DNA of 64,000 nucleotides from Podospora anserina. Taxonomy: Eukaryota. The notes beneath the pieces are model-generated. The model saw only the letters and a list, made by a program, of their open reading frames with translations. It was not told where the DNA came from and did no database searches. A program made the translations under genes and the position numbers. Positions 25,930 to 37,391 of the stretch are shown in pieces. The stretch is taken from contig CM030337.1 in assembly GCA_017654855.1 (NCBI GenBank), positions 3,844,001 to 3,908,000 on the forward strand, written 5' to 3'. Within the stretch, counting starts at the first letter, position 1; each line of letters begins with the position of its first letter.

Positions 25930-28900
25930 ATTGATATTGGACCAAGGGTGGACATGTACAGCACGATCTGCCCTTGCAGGCCAGAAGGCCGGTGGTTGTG
26001 ACTTGGTATATGCGGTTAAAGCTTTCTTTTAAAGAGTTGTATTCGTTCGTTTTCGCGTTCCGAAGTTTGCGGATTGCGACCGGTACCTTTTAGCGACGTG
26101 CTCCAGGTCCGTACAATCTGGGACATCGCAATGCAGGGTGGAAGAAAATCAGAGGCGGTTGAATTTCTTCGACTCTTCCCACAACATCAGTCCCTGATGT
26201 CGTCAAAGTCCAAAGGAGCCGAGCACGTACCTGCATTGTGAAGAAGAACAGTGTATCATCCAACACCGTCTTCCCTCTGGCCCTGTCGAGAAAGAAAAAT
26301 ACAGTAGCTCCAGAACCTCCTCGCAGACCATGTCGGCTCTTGGATCCCCACCTCAGCATACAACGTGCCGCCTGGAGATAACAAGGCTTCTGGTTGCTTG
26401 TCAAAGGATACCGAGTACCTTGACCAACAGCCTCCAAGTATTTCCGATGAGCTTGGTTGCTGAGGTGGGGATGTGAGAACGCAATTGGGAGTGCGATGTT
26501 CTGGCGGAAGAATACTGCCTGGTGATCAAGACAAAGGCTGCCAGAAAGTTAGTAAGTACTGCAGCTTCAGCATTCGGCATTCACTCACCGTTCGGCGGTC
26601 GATGCAGAGGGAAGGCAAAAACTGGAAGAAGTGAAGAAGAGAGTGGCCCGCGCTGAATCCCCCAGGCCAGTGATGGTGGGCCCACAGCACTCATGTGTGT
26701 CCGTCAATGAAGACAGACACAACATGAAACTTGAAATGGTACTGCTGCCCAAGGCCATCACTGGCCCTCACAGAGAATTGAATGCAAGGGGTTTGATGAA
26801 TGGAAAAGAAAGAAGCAGAGCACAACAGTTGAGCAGATGGCGGATTTAAAGCCAGCTTCAACCCCTCACCAGTCCAGCTCCAAAACACAGTTTTACTTTG
26901 CACCAAGCAATTGCTCCAACTGCAAAGTACAGTCTCTGTTATCTCAACTGTGCTTTTGATTGGGTATATATGGGGGTATACAAGCTGCACGTTTGCTTCC
27001 ATTGGAATGATTTCGACCACTGTCTTCGGTCGATGATGCCGATGCAATTGGCTGCCCTACTTTTTCTACCGCCCTCGGCAATAGCATGGACTGAATATCC
27101 GGGCGACAACACACAAGGCACTTCACATGGCTCACAGCAAACTGTAGGCCCCCCGCAGTCATTCAACGAGGTCAGGTGGTGCAAGCATCGTCAGTGTAAC
27201 CCTCACTTGGTATGTCAACTGCGGCCCGTTCGGGACATGTCGCTTGCGGCTGCGGGGCCGTGTTCACCATCGTTCTGCTCCCGAACGACCCCGCACCGGT
27301 GATGGAAACAAAACCAACAATCTGGGAGCCTGAACCGGCCCGTCCGGTTGGTCCTAATCCGTTAGGCCCAGTCCGCGTCCTTTGGAAGAAGGCCTGCTCT
27401 GCTCTGCCTGCACGTGTTTTTTTTTAGCTTTTAGGTTTCGGTTTGTGCCTTGTCGGTTGCGAAACAATCCGCCGGCACACGGGGCCCCACCCGTAGGGCT
27501 GATCAGCCCCCAACACACTGTCATCGTCAACATGTTCATTTTGTTCTAGAACTCACAAGGGAAAGCTTTGGTAAGCGTGGTAAAGATTACAGAAGTAAGG
27601 AATAACCTACCTGCATGTCATTACACGCAGCTGTGGGAGGTTATCAGATCATGTCGTGAAACTTGGACCAATAATTCCCGTCTCCGTCCTCACCAACAAC
27701 AGTATTCCTTCCTCGTCACTACACACCCACGACGTTCGGACAACAGCGATTAGCGCGCTTACCCCAACCAATCCAACCCTTCTATTCGTAACCCTTCACC
27801 TAGGTAACTACCATTCCAAGCAGTCCTTGCAGCTCCTACCGCAACCTCCAGTTCTCCATAGAACTTCCCCCCCCTTCACTAGCGCGCGCAGTAAGGCAGA
27901 TTTCCGCTAGAGTCACGCTTCTTGGCTCTGTATACAACAATCCTTCTGCTCCCAAATCCCCCCCATTCCGGTTGTTTTCCACCCAATCACTTCCCCCATG
28001 ACCGTTGGATCTGTTGGCGGCCAGGCACGGCCAGGCTGCGGCACAGGGAAACCTTAACCCTTTCAGCGGAGTGGGTTGAGGTGGGGGGGCAACTGGTGGC
28101 TTGGCGTGAAACAACATACACCATACGCCCTATATGGTTGGAAAATTAGAGAAGCCCCACGGCATGGCTTGCAAAATGTTTCCCTTTTTGAACCGAGAAA
28201 GGGTTGTCCCGACTGCCGAGTAGGTACCCGCGGCATTGTCAGTGGTGCCGCTGTCTCGGGTCTCAGCTCGAAGTGGGAGGGGGGGGGGTTTGTAGTGTGG
28301 AGGGGAGGAGCTAAACCTCGACGTCAAGGTCGAGCTTAAGCAACAGTAAGGTAGCTGATCTCAAACTAACGGGTCTCATAACCCAATCAGTTGACATATT
28401 GTTTAATCCTCTCTACAACAGTGTCATGGCAGGATTTCGTCGTCAAAGTCTGCCATATTCCACAGTGACGCGGCAGTAGGATTTTAGCTGTAAACCACCC
28501 CATCCTACAATACCACCTTGGCACTGGAAGGATTTACATGGGATTTGTCACCCTACAGGAACCGAGCCCGGCATCTAGATCACATCACAGACGTTGTCCA
28601 GCAATACCCAGTAACTGAAGTTGAAATCGCGCGATTCAATTGGTAAAAGTGGTGTAAAAAGAAGCGAAGCTGTAAAAGTAGGTATAGGAAAATCCCCCGT
28701 CGTGCACCCATCCTCCCGTCGTACCCAGCAGATCCTCCTAACTGTTCTCCATGCAAATGCCCTTGGGGGCTGCCCGATTGAATCCAGCCAACCGGGCGTA
28801 TCTAGTAGATGCCAATGTCTCTCCCCAACTGCTCGAGAACCGCCCGTCTATGATCTAATGTGTCATGCAAGTCGCTATGCTAATGCTGTAAATGAAATGG

Positions 28901-28960
28901 TTCGAAACGAGTGTGTATGGGAGTTGACCTCCTCAGTGTTGAATAAGCCGGATAATACGT

Positions 28961-29195
28961 TTATTTCTAGCATGATGTTAGCAAAAACCCGACTGGCAAA
29001 TGTTGCCATAGCAGTACTCACCCCGCCAGACGATGAACCACCGGAAGAGTTTGAAGAAGACCCCCCTGACGAACTGCCAGAGCTGGAACCGCCTCCATAT
29101 GGGGTGAAGACGACATCAGGCCTGACGATGCTGAGGGCCGATCCGTGCTTGAGGATGTCATCCCACTTGGTGCTTGAGCTGTCGGATCCAGACAT
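28961..29195 (-). CDS. 59-aa Gly/Ser-rich microprotein (2 exons)
   Basis: AAAATGTCT start context; TATAAA ~190 bp upstream. Intron 28967-29021 (GTGAGT...GCTAAC...TAG) is followed by AAA TAA. Confidence 0.6.
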
Positions 29196-31550
29196 TTTGC
29201 TGAGTTGAAAGATGTTTTGACTGGGAAGAGGCGAGGTTGGCGAGGTGTGTAGTCGATGACTAGTAAGCTGAGTGAAGGCGGGCGTTGGCTTGAGGTGAGA
29301 GAGCTTGTTGATGTTCTTGTGATCGCTGGTGCTTGCTGTTGATGATGTTAGCTGTTGAGATGACGGTGGAGGGTCCATGGCTTTATATCGAACTCGGTCT
29401 GTGAGAAGACCACGCAGAGGCGATGTTGAATACAGGTGCCTAATCCTAGATGGATTCGAAAAGTTGATTCACAGTTGACTTTTTCCAGGTGACTCTGAAA
29501 GAAAAAAAAAACCTTTCTCCTTTGGTAATCGAGACTGAGCCCAGGACATGTCCCAGGCATTCCACGATTGGTGAGTGTCCTTGATTACCTAACCCATCTC
29601 GAGCCTAAGGACTCGAGTCCGAGGTGTCCAATCCTGAGGCTCTCCAAACAATTGCTCTTCTTCTGTCGGTATAAGTCAAAAGGGGGCAATGTATGCACAA
29701 GTCCGAGGTGGCCCGCACACCGTCGTGCTGTGCTATGCTATTTGCAGCCATGGTCGAAGGCACGGAGATAGCCCGCCTAGTGGCTCAAGTGGTGCTGCTT
29801 GCGCCCAGCCCCTCTGAAACTGTCCCAAATACCCCCACATCCCCCAAATGCTGGTCGTGCTGCTGGCAGTAGAGAGACCCTTACGGCAATGCGCGCCTGT
29901 GCGATGAAAGAACAAAATTATCCGAATTGTTGTTTTTTTGGTGTGATATCGCATGTCGTTCGAAGCCTTGCCGGCGTTTGTTGTCAAAAAAAATGTTGTT
30001 GGTTCCTTGCCGCTAACCCCGCCAGGCGAGCCCATCCTCCGACTCTCCACACGCCCCGCGGCGCCGGGGAGCAGTACCGAACCAGATCACCCATTGATCG
30101 ACCACACCCCAAATCTTCTTGGCCACCACTGAATGTGGCTCGCGTGTAAGGCGTATTCCAAATCACTGGGTAGGTAGTCATAGAGCTCTAGGGCTGGTGG
30201 TCATAAGCCAATCCACTATCAGATGGCACCGCCTGCCCTTCTCTCCACTGTCCTGGTCGATACGGCATCTGGCTGCCTTCCATCCTGTGTGGCTTGCAAC
30301 TGTATTTTGTTTCATGGGCACCTACGAGACATACGCTTCTCAAAAATAGGTCCCTCGCAATTGTTTGGGCAGTGGGGCACCGGCACTTCACCGACCTGAT
30401 GGTCAGGAAGACTGACCTTCTAGCTAGGCAAGCTGTCCATACATGTCGCATGCGGCGTGTAGGGTCTGTACAGGATGGTTAGGAAAATATGATTCAGCTG
30501 TCCTCCACCACGCGGGAGAGGTCCTACATACTGACCTCTCGACGGGCCGCAGCTGGGCTCATCCCACGGCGCCACCTTGTCACCCAGGAAATGCTATGGC
30601 CAAGCACCAGGTGATAATTCGATCAGGTTCGGTATGTTGCAATGGAACAATCTTGATCTTTCGTATCCCCTGTTTTTGGTGGTGAAGAAGATAGTGACGG
30701 CCGCAGATGCCGGCCACCAGCCACATAGATCAGTCAGGTTGCAATATTCCTTCCAGGTTGTACTTCTCCCACAAAGCTAGCTCCTTCCTTCTGACCTTCT
30801 AACTCGCTCTGGACGCCACCTAGTGAGTCGTCTTTTGGTGATGCCTAAAGGCCGCAGCGACTTCAGGGATAGCGCGTGTCTGGGCAAACCTCGAATTGTT
30901 CGGTAGGGTAAACCCGAAGAGTCCGACTACTGAACAAAGTAGGACTCGCAGCATTCAGTAGACTCCACTATCCTTGATGACCGTGGCATGGGGCATCAGA
31001 ACCCGAGATATCCTTGAGCAGCCGACAAGTTGACTCGAGCCCAACCACCAGGTCCAGACCATAATAAACCATAATATGCCTTGCTCCTTCTTGTGGTTCC
31101 AGGCCGATTTGATGCAAGAAGTGAAGACTGTGTCACCATCCCGCGCGCTTTCTCCCTCGGCGATCCGGAATGCTGGGCGAAGGATGTCGCAGGAATGTAC
31201 ACCGTCCATGCCAGTACATATCAGTAAACTATTGGAGGCTCGGTGCGGAAAGGCATAAGCCAGTCAACTTTGATCCGGCGTGGCCATCTCGTCTTAAGGG
31301 GGTTTCGGTGAGAGGTGTTTGCATTCTTCGCCGACTGCCAAATGCGGAACGTCGGTCTCAGTAATGATGAGGCTCCTTCCCAGCTACCCGAGATACCATC
31401 AACGGAAATATTTGCCCATGGGTACTGTCATGTGAAAATTGGAAGCCGGAATCAACCCCATCCACCACTTCGGCTCCGAGCCCTACTCCACCTCTCGGCA
31501 CGGCGCGGAATCCTGAGGTACGGCGTCTGCAACGAGGGTGGCGCTCAGGA

Positions 31551-32543
31551 TCACAACTCAATTACGACAACATCATTCGTCAACTTATTTTGTCTCCCCC
31601 CGACCACTGACGCATTGACAAACGTTGTCGCCTTGCTTGCGTCGCTCTTCCCAAACCCAATCACCCTCTTGGCCTTGTTCCAGCCCACCAATACCGCCAT
31701 CCAGGCCAGTGTTCCCCATCCGCCCCAACCGATCCTGATATCGTCATATGCCTCTCGCACCCTGTCGAGGACGACATCTACCCTCCCGTGCGCGGCGTGG
31801 ATGTGCCCGAATACGTGAAGCCGAGGTCGGAGTCGGGTGATTTCTTGCAGCAAGTAAGGACAGCCGGCTCGGTGAAAGTCCCTGCGGTCGAGGTAGAATT
31901 TTGGGGGCCCATGGGTGACTACGATCAGGTTGTCTTGCGGTGCCAAGGTTGCAAGCTTGGAGTTTTCCCAGAACTCAGGCGAGGGGTGATATTGAAACGC
32001 TGACGGGGTGTAGACTGGTGTGTAAGGGCTCCCGTATACCGTGACTCTTCTTTCGATCCCCTTTGTTACACCTTCGGGTTCGTGTGGTGCGGCCCTGGTG
32101 GGTAGAGTGATTGTCATCGTCGAGTCTTCAAGGTATGTCACACTTCCCCAATTCAAGTCGGCCTTTGTTCTCGTCGTCTCCCCATAGCGGCGGTCTGGAT
32201 ATCGCTCCAGAAATATTTCATCAAGCAAAACATCGTGGTTCCCTGCGATCAGTATCTTGTGGGGATGAGACTGGGATGAAAGCCAGTCAAGACCTGCCTG
32301 GACCTCGTCAAAGGAGCCACTCTCAGTCAGGTCGCCTGCATGGATGAGGATATCTCCAGGTGGGAGGACAGGTTGGTGGTTGTGCGTATCAGACACACAG
32401 ACTATCCGTATAGGGCTTTCATTCGGTTGCTCATTGGAGGTGGATAAAGCTGGCAAATTCGAGATATGGAGGTTCAAGAGCTTCGTCGTCAGGTCCAGCT
32501 TCCGCCGACAGCGTGTCTTGATGTTGATGGTTGGCTGCTGCAT
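31551..32543 (-). CDS. Calcineurin-like metallophosphoesterase (MPPED/239-like)
   Basis: All five motifs: VSDTH, HAGDLT, AGNHD, THGPP, FGHIH. First ATG at 32543 (the track start is a TTG). Confidence 0.9.
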   Translation of the reverse strand: MQQPTINIKTRCRRKLDLTTKLLNLHISNLPALSTSNEQPNESPIRIVCVSDTHNHQPVLPPGDILIHAGDLTESGSFDEVQAGLDWLSSQSHPHKILIAGNHDVLLDEIFLERYPDRRYGETTRTKADLNWGSVTYLEDSTMTITLPTRAAPHEPEGVTKGIERRVTVYGSPYTPVYTPSAFQYHPSPEFWENSKLATLAPQDNLIVVTHGPPKFYLDRRDFHRAGCPYLLQEITRLRPRLHVFGHIHAAHGRVDVVLDRVREAYDDIRIGWGGWGTLAWMAVLVGWNKAKRVIGFGKSDASKATTFVNASVVGGRQNKLTNDVVVIEL

Positions 32544-33381
32544 CGAGGCAAAATCCGCTTGCGCGTTTCTGGCAAAATAGGCGGTTGACCAAGGTTGTGT
32601 GCTTGGGTCTATATCCAAGCAACTCGAATTTGAAAGTTGATGCGAAATTTGCGTGATCGAGTTGTTTAAAGGTTTGTTGGTTCAACTGTTCACCTCATAC
32701 CATTCGATTGTTGGCTGACCAATCAGCGCAGCGTTTCTCTGTTCGGGCATTCAGCACAGTGCGGCATCTTTGACCGACCTTCATTGCAAATGTGGCGGGA
32801 TGGTGTCGATAACTGAGCCTAATTGTGATAAATCTAAAGTAGGACACTTCCAAGATAAGTAGTGGCCTATCTTTGTGAATACTGCTGGTATGGGTATTCA
32901 GTTACTTGCCTGATGTTCTGTTGAAGGTGGTAATGGGCAGCCCATACAGTGTCTGATCATCCAGCAAGCACTCAGCTCAACGTTCTAAGCGCGCGTTGTC
33001 AAGCACGACCCATGACATTGGTACTGTTGGTGACAGCTTGTTTGAGAACATATCGGTTGGTTCAAGCGTGTTATTCAACTGGTTCAGAATGGGTCTGATT
33101 CGGGGCATATCTTCTGTCGTCAATACTATCGCTGAAGTGTCCAAGATTTGGACCATGGTCCTGTAGTTTATTTTCACGTGGTTGGATCAATGTCTATTTT
33201 GAGCTCAGGATGAAATGGTTGGTGATGAGGACCTGGAAGTCAGAATCGTATAAGACAACGGGGGGTCTTGTAGCTTTTACTCATCTCAGATGATGTGGCT
33301 TCCCCAACCGAAGGGCATTGTCCGTACCTACATTTGTTTTTTCCTGGCATTATTATCTTCCACGTCGGTCAAGTCCATACC

Positions 33382-34149
33382 ATGGGCTGTGGCGGTAGCA
33401 AGCCTGCCAAAAAGAAGGGCTGCCAACCCGGGGGCGGAATCCAGATTGGCGCACCACAAGATGTGACTATTCACATTCCTCGAAACCGACTAGACGCTCA
33501 TGGCGTTCCAGTTAGGCCTGAGACGAGAGATATCAACGCCAACGTCTTGAAGCAGGCCCTCGAACGCGTCTCCCACTACATTGCGAGTCGGGGACACCAC
33601 ATCAGTGTCATCGCTGTTGGCGGAGCTGTCAACACACTCTACCTTCGCTCGCGACAAATGACCCACGACGTCGATATCTTCGGTTCCGACTTCAGCAACA
33701 GCGCCCGCCACCTCGTCGACGAAGCGATGCATGACGCACAAAGAGCTATACCAGGCCTGGGAACAGACTGGCTCAACACTGAAACTCAGATGTGGATGTC
33801 TGGTCGACTGCACGCAGAGATCACACAGGCTGCAAGAGCTCAAAACGTGATTGTCTTTCAGGGGAGGGATAGGGGTTTGACGATCTTGGCAGCTCCATGG
33901 GCATATGCATTTTCTGCAAAGATCAATCGCATCCTGACGGGAGGCAGCCAGGCACGACCGTATGACCTCCAGGATGCTGTCACGTATATCCATCGGTACA
34001 TTCAGGCGCATGGCAACAAACCTGTGCCGGTCAGGGTTGCGCTGGGATGGGCAAGACAGTATCATCATGAGATGACCGAGGATGTGTTGCGCAATCAGGT
34101 GAACCCAGCATATCGAAGACAGTATGGTGGTAAGAATGCGTTTGCCTGA
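33382..34149 (+). CDS. Putative nucleotidyltransferase (AbiEii/DUF6036-like fold; fungal DUF7582-like) with N-terminal MGCGGS lipidation motif
   Basis: VIAVGGAVNTLYLRSRQMTHDVDIF (GG + DxD), DWLN, AKINR...RPYDLQDA. Intronless; ATG in ACCATGG context. Confidence 0.75.
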   Translation: MGCGGSKPAKKKGCQPGGGIQIGAPQDVTIHIPRNRLDAHGVPVRPETRDINANVLKQALERVSHYIASRGHHISVIAVGGAVNTLYLRSRQMTHDVDIFGSDFSNSARHLVDEAMHDAQRAIPGLGTDWLNTETQMWMSGRLHAEITQAARAQNVIVFQGRDRGLTILAAPWAYAFSAKINRILTGGSQARPYDLQDAVTYIHRYIQAHGNKPVPVRVALGWARQYHHEMTEDVLRNQVNPAYRRQYGGKNAFA

Positions 34150-34587
34150 GGCTTTTCTTGTTACTTTCCATATGTCAATAGAGCTCGAGTACATGTTTAT
34201 GTGAATGGAGTTCTGGGCTTGATAATTCTGAATTGAATTAAAAGGAGCTCAGCAGTGAGTGATCAATGAATGACCCAATGCACGTTGCAGAGGACTGCTG
34301 AACTGCGTTGGTTGCAGCATCAAGGGCGCACACCTGGCACGGCGCCTAATTTCCAGGTTCCAGTCTGGGGTACCTTTTCCCCCCACTGTCTGTCACCAAC
34401 TGCCAAAAACGCAGACCTTCACATGCAACCCAACAACCACCACAGGCATAAAAGCAGGGCCATCGTGATTCACCCTTGCCCACAACCTTCAAAAACCAAC
34501 ACCCGTAACGCTTAAATCGGCCCATTTGCCGGTTTCTGAAACGCTCACCACCAAAACTCGACTTAACACGTATCCCATTCCGCAAAC

Positions 34588-35337
34588 ATGACATCTCCCG
34601 ATGGCAACAGAGCCAAAAGATTATGGGTCAAAGCTCGGGACACACTACGGAGCATACGCACTTTTCAATTCTCAGCCGCCGACCGCTTTGAAGAGGAGGA
34701 ATATGTTGCTCAAGACTCCGACTTTCCAACCTTTCCACCTCCGCCTCCCCGACAGATCCTGCAATCTCCTTCCACCTACCGCGACCAAATCCGCCAGCGC
34801 AAGTTTGCCTGCCCCCGCGGTGTCTTTGAGGACTCGCCCCTCTACGCGCTATACCGACTCTATGAATTCTTCCTCTTAGACGACCAAATAGCCTACCGCA
34901 ATGAGCTCGAAGCATTTTGGCGAAAGTCAGATCCTTCCTGGACTGTCTCCAAGATCCCAGACCCCAAAGTCGCCAATCCAGGATTTGACTCACCGGGTTT
35001 AACAGATCTTGAACGCCATGAACATTACGCCTTTTTGGCAGGGTGTACCTACATGCTGGTCAAGTCGTTCAACGCGCGTGTCAAGTTGGGGCTTAGCCGG
35101 CAGATGAGGTCACTCATGACCCCTGACGAGGCGGAAGCAGCTCGAAACGTGCCAATGGAAGAGAGAAGTTGGGAGAGTGTGCCAGAGTGGGCTGAGAATG
35201 TCCCGGCGTTGCCCGAGGTGTTGGTTGTTCCTACGCATGATGGAGAAGTGCTCACTAGACCGGAGGATATGAGAGCTGATGAGGACTTTTTGAAGAAGGG
35301 GATTTTGTTGTGGACGCCGCATATTTATTTTACTTGA
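34588..35337 (+). CDS. Hypothetical protein, 249 aa, conserved-looking; candidate partner of the upstream nucleotidyltransferase
   Basis: Intronless ORF with globular motifs DSPLYALYRLYE, IPDP, YAFLAG, SFNARVKLGL, VPEWAENVPAL, FLKKGIL. Confidence 0.75.
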   Translation: MTSPDGNRAKRLWVKARDTLRSIRTFQFSAADRFEEEEYVAQDSDFPTFPPPPPRQILQSPSTYRDQIRQRKFACPRGVFEDSPLYALYRLYEFFLLDDQIAYRNELEAFWRKSDPSWTVSKIPDPKVANPGFDSPGLTDLERHEHYAFLAGCTYMLVKSFNARVKLGLSRQMRSLMTPDEAEAARNVPMEERSWESVPEWAENVPALPEVLVVPTHDGEVLTRPEDMRADEDFLKKGILLWTPHIYFT

Positions 35338-35590
35338 CCATATGATGTATTCTCTGAGGTTCAACGTCAATAGTTGTATGTTATTCCAGTTGCTCAAGGG
35401 TGGCTATCCCTTTCACCCTTCATCCTCATTTCGATAACCATGACACGACGCCCATCTCCCAGTTTTCCAAACTGATGTCCCCGTGGGAAGGAAGGACGTT
35501 TTCTCATGTGCGAGGGAGGCTACTGGTCTCAAGGCCTGCAAGAGTATCTCAAGAATAAAACCGGTATCTTTGCTGCCTTGTTGCACGCAC

Positions 35591-37388
35591 CTAACCTGGT
35601 TCATATCCACTCTCATCATCGGCGTTGGCCCTGCGACTCTGACTGTCTTTTCTTGACCCACGGCGTTCACGTGGCAGCTTAGGCTGAAGTTCTGGACGTG
35701 TAGACTCCACCTCACTGTCGATGCGACTTCCCGTTGCGCCTCTTGATAGGCTCGGTTTGGCTTTGTGATGGCTGACGGGTGTGAAACCGTCTTGTATAAC
35801 CATATCTTGACTCCGTAACTCTTCATTTTCAAGTCTCGGTTGTGCATCCACAGGTGAACTTTGAGCATTGGACCGATGTTGGGCGGGACGATTTCGCTCT
35901 GCAAAGTGTGAGGGTTAGTAAAGCGATGCCTGCTCATTGTGGGTGGGTGGCTCGAGATTACCCTTGACAGCTTTGGTGAGATCCACATAGGACTTAATTT
36001 CCTCCTGTGAGAGAAATCTGTGCACGACGACGAAGCTTTCTATCGTATGAAACTCCTCCAGGCCTAGATCGAGTGCTTCAGGATCGACTAGTGAGCGACT
36101 GATTTTCGTCCATTTGTTTTGGCGAGGATCATTAATCTCCTCGCGATCCCACTCAGGAAACAGTTCAGGGAATTGTGCTCTCGGTTTCTTAAGAATTCCT
36201 TTCAGTGGCAGTGTCTTCTTGGCCTCATTCTGGCTAATCGTTGTGGTGGGCTCGTTGAATTTTGGTGTGAGCTTCTCTCCTAGTCGACCCCTAGCCTCTC
36301 CTTGGCCCTGATTCTCTTCTTGTCGTCTTTGTATTGGTGACGCTTCATCGTCATTCGATGGATCGGAGTTTCCCTCGCTCCGATCATCACTCTTCTTTTG
36401 CGGTCTTTGAAGGTTTATGCCATCTTCGCTATCTTCTGAAGGAGTCGACCCATCATCTGGCGAATCCCCATCGCCCCCACCGCCAACCTCATCATCTTCG
36501 CCAAATTTAGGCAGTGGAAAAAGCGCCAAATCACGCTGATGACGTGCTAGATGTCGGAAGTAGTCCTTAGCTGAGCTGAGCTTCTCCAGGCAAAGCTGGC
36601 ATGTGCACCTGACCCCGAGAGCTTTGGGCTTCCCGCATTCATCAATGACCATGTCCATATCTGATTCACTTAGGAACATCATGTGTAGGCCAACAACATG
36701 CGTTTTGAACTCGATTGTAGAGTCAAAGTGATCCCCGCAGCGGGGACAAGTCCATGTCTTCCAATGCTTGTTTAAAACATGCCGCATCCATTCGTTGCGT
36801 GTCTGAAAGTCGATTGTGGACATTGCGCAATCAGGAGACAAGCATATGTATGGTCTGAGATCGGCCAGCACATGCTTAGTCCATGTTCGGGTGGTTTTGG
36901 CCGTTATCATCATGTAGCACAATGGGCATTCAAACGGCCCATCAGCGGCAGCTTTAGGAATGGGGGGAATTCTCGGCCTATCCCCCGTAAACAAAGAGCT
37001 ATTGTATGTTGTATCTGTCCGTACTGAGACGGCATCATCCTCGTCTAGTACTGTCCGTTGCAATCTTGGCTTCATTTTGTTCTGATCTTTGAGACGATGC
37101 GGGATTGATGACGCGACGGTACTTTGTGCAGCTTCGTCGTCCTCGCTTCCCCCCTCAAGGCCATAGGCCAGCTTGTGGTGATGAAGCTCTCTGTACTTGA
37201 AGTACTGCCGCCGCCGAGAGATAGCCTTGCCCAAGCGTTCTCTGTCAGATGTGTTAGATAACGGAAACATGTCGCGGACATGTGCAATATCGCGCTCTTC
37301 GAAAAATGCAGCGTCCACCCAGTTCTTCTGTCTGAATCTGTCGTGGGGAGCCGGGTTCTGAATGGTCACAGACAACCGAAACAGGCAG
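35591..37388 (-). pseudogene. C2H2 zinc-finger protein gene, apparently 5'-truncated
   Basis: CLFRLSVTIQNPAPHDRF, RLGKAISRRRQYFKYR, FECPLC..WTKHVLADLRPYIC, further C2H2 fingers and KWTKISRSLVDPEAL. An intron near 35900-35961 leads to a last exon ending at 35591. Family-like sequence begins abruptly at ~37388. Confidence 0.6.
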
Positions 37389-37391
37389 TAT

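Noticed and set aside
26000..28900. Many short ORFs
   Set aside because: No motifs, coding bias or consistent splice structure; treated as intergenic.
33490..34194. 234-aa ORF antisense to the nucleotidyltransferase, as a possible antidote
   Set aside because: No recognisable motifs; such shadow ORFs are common throughout the window.
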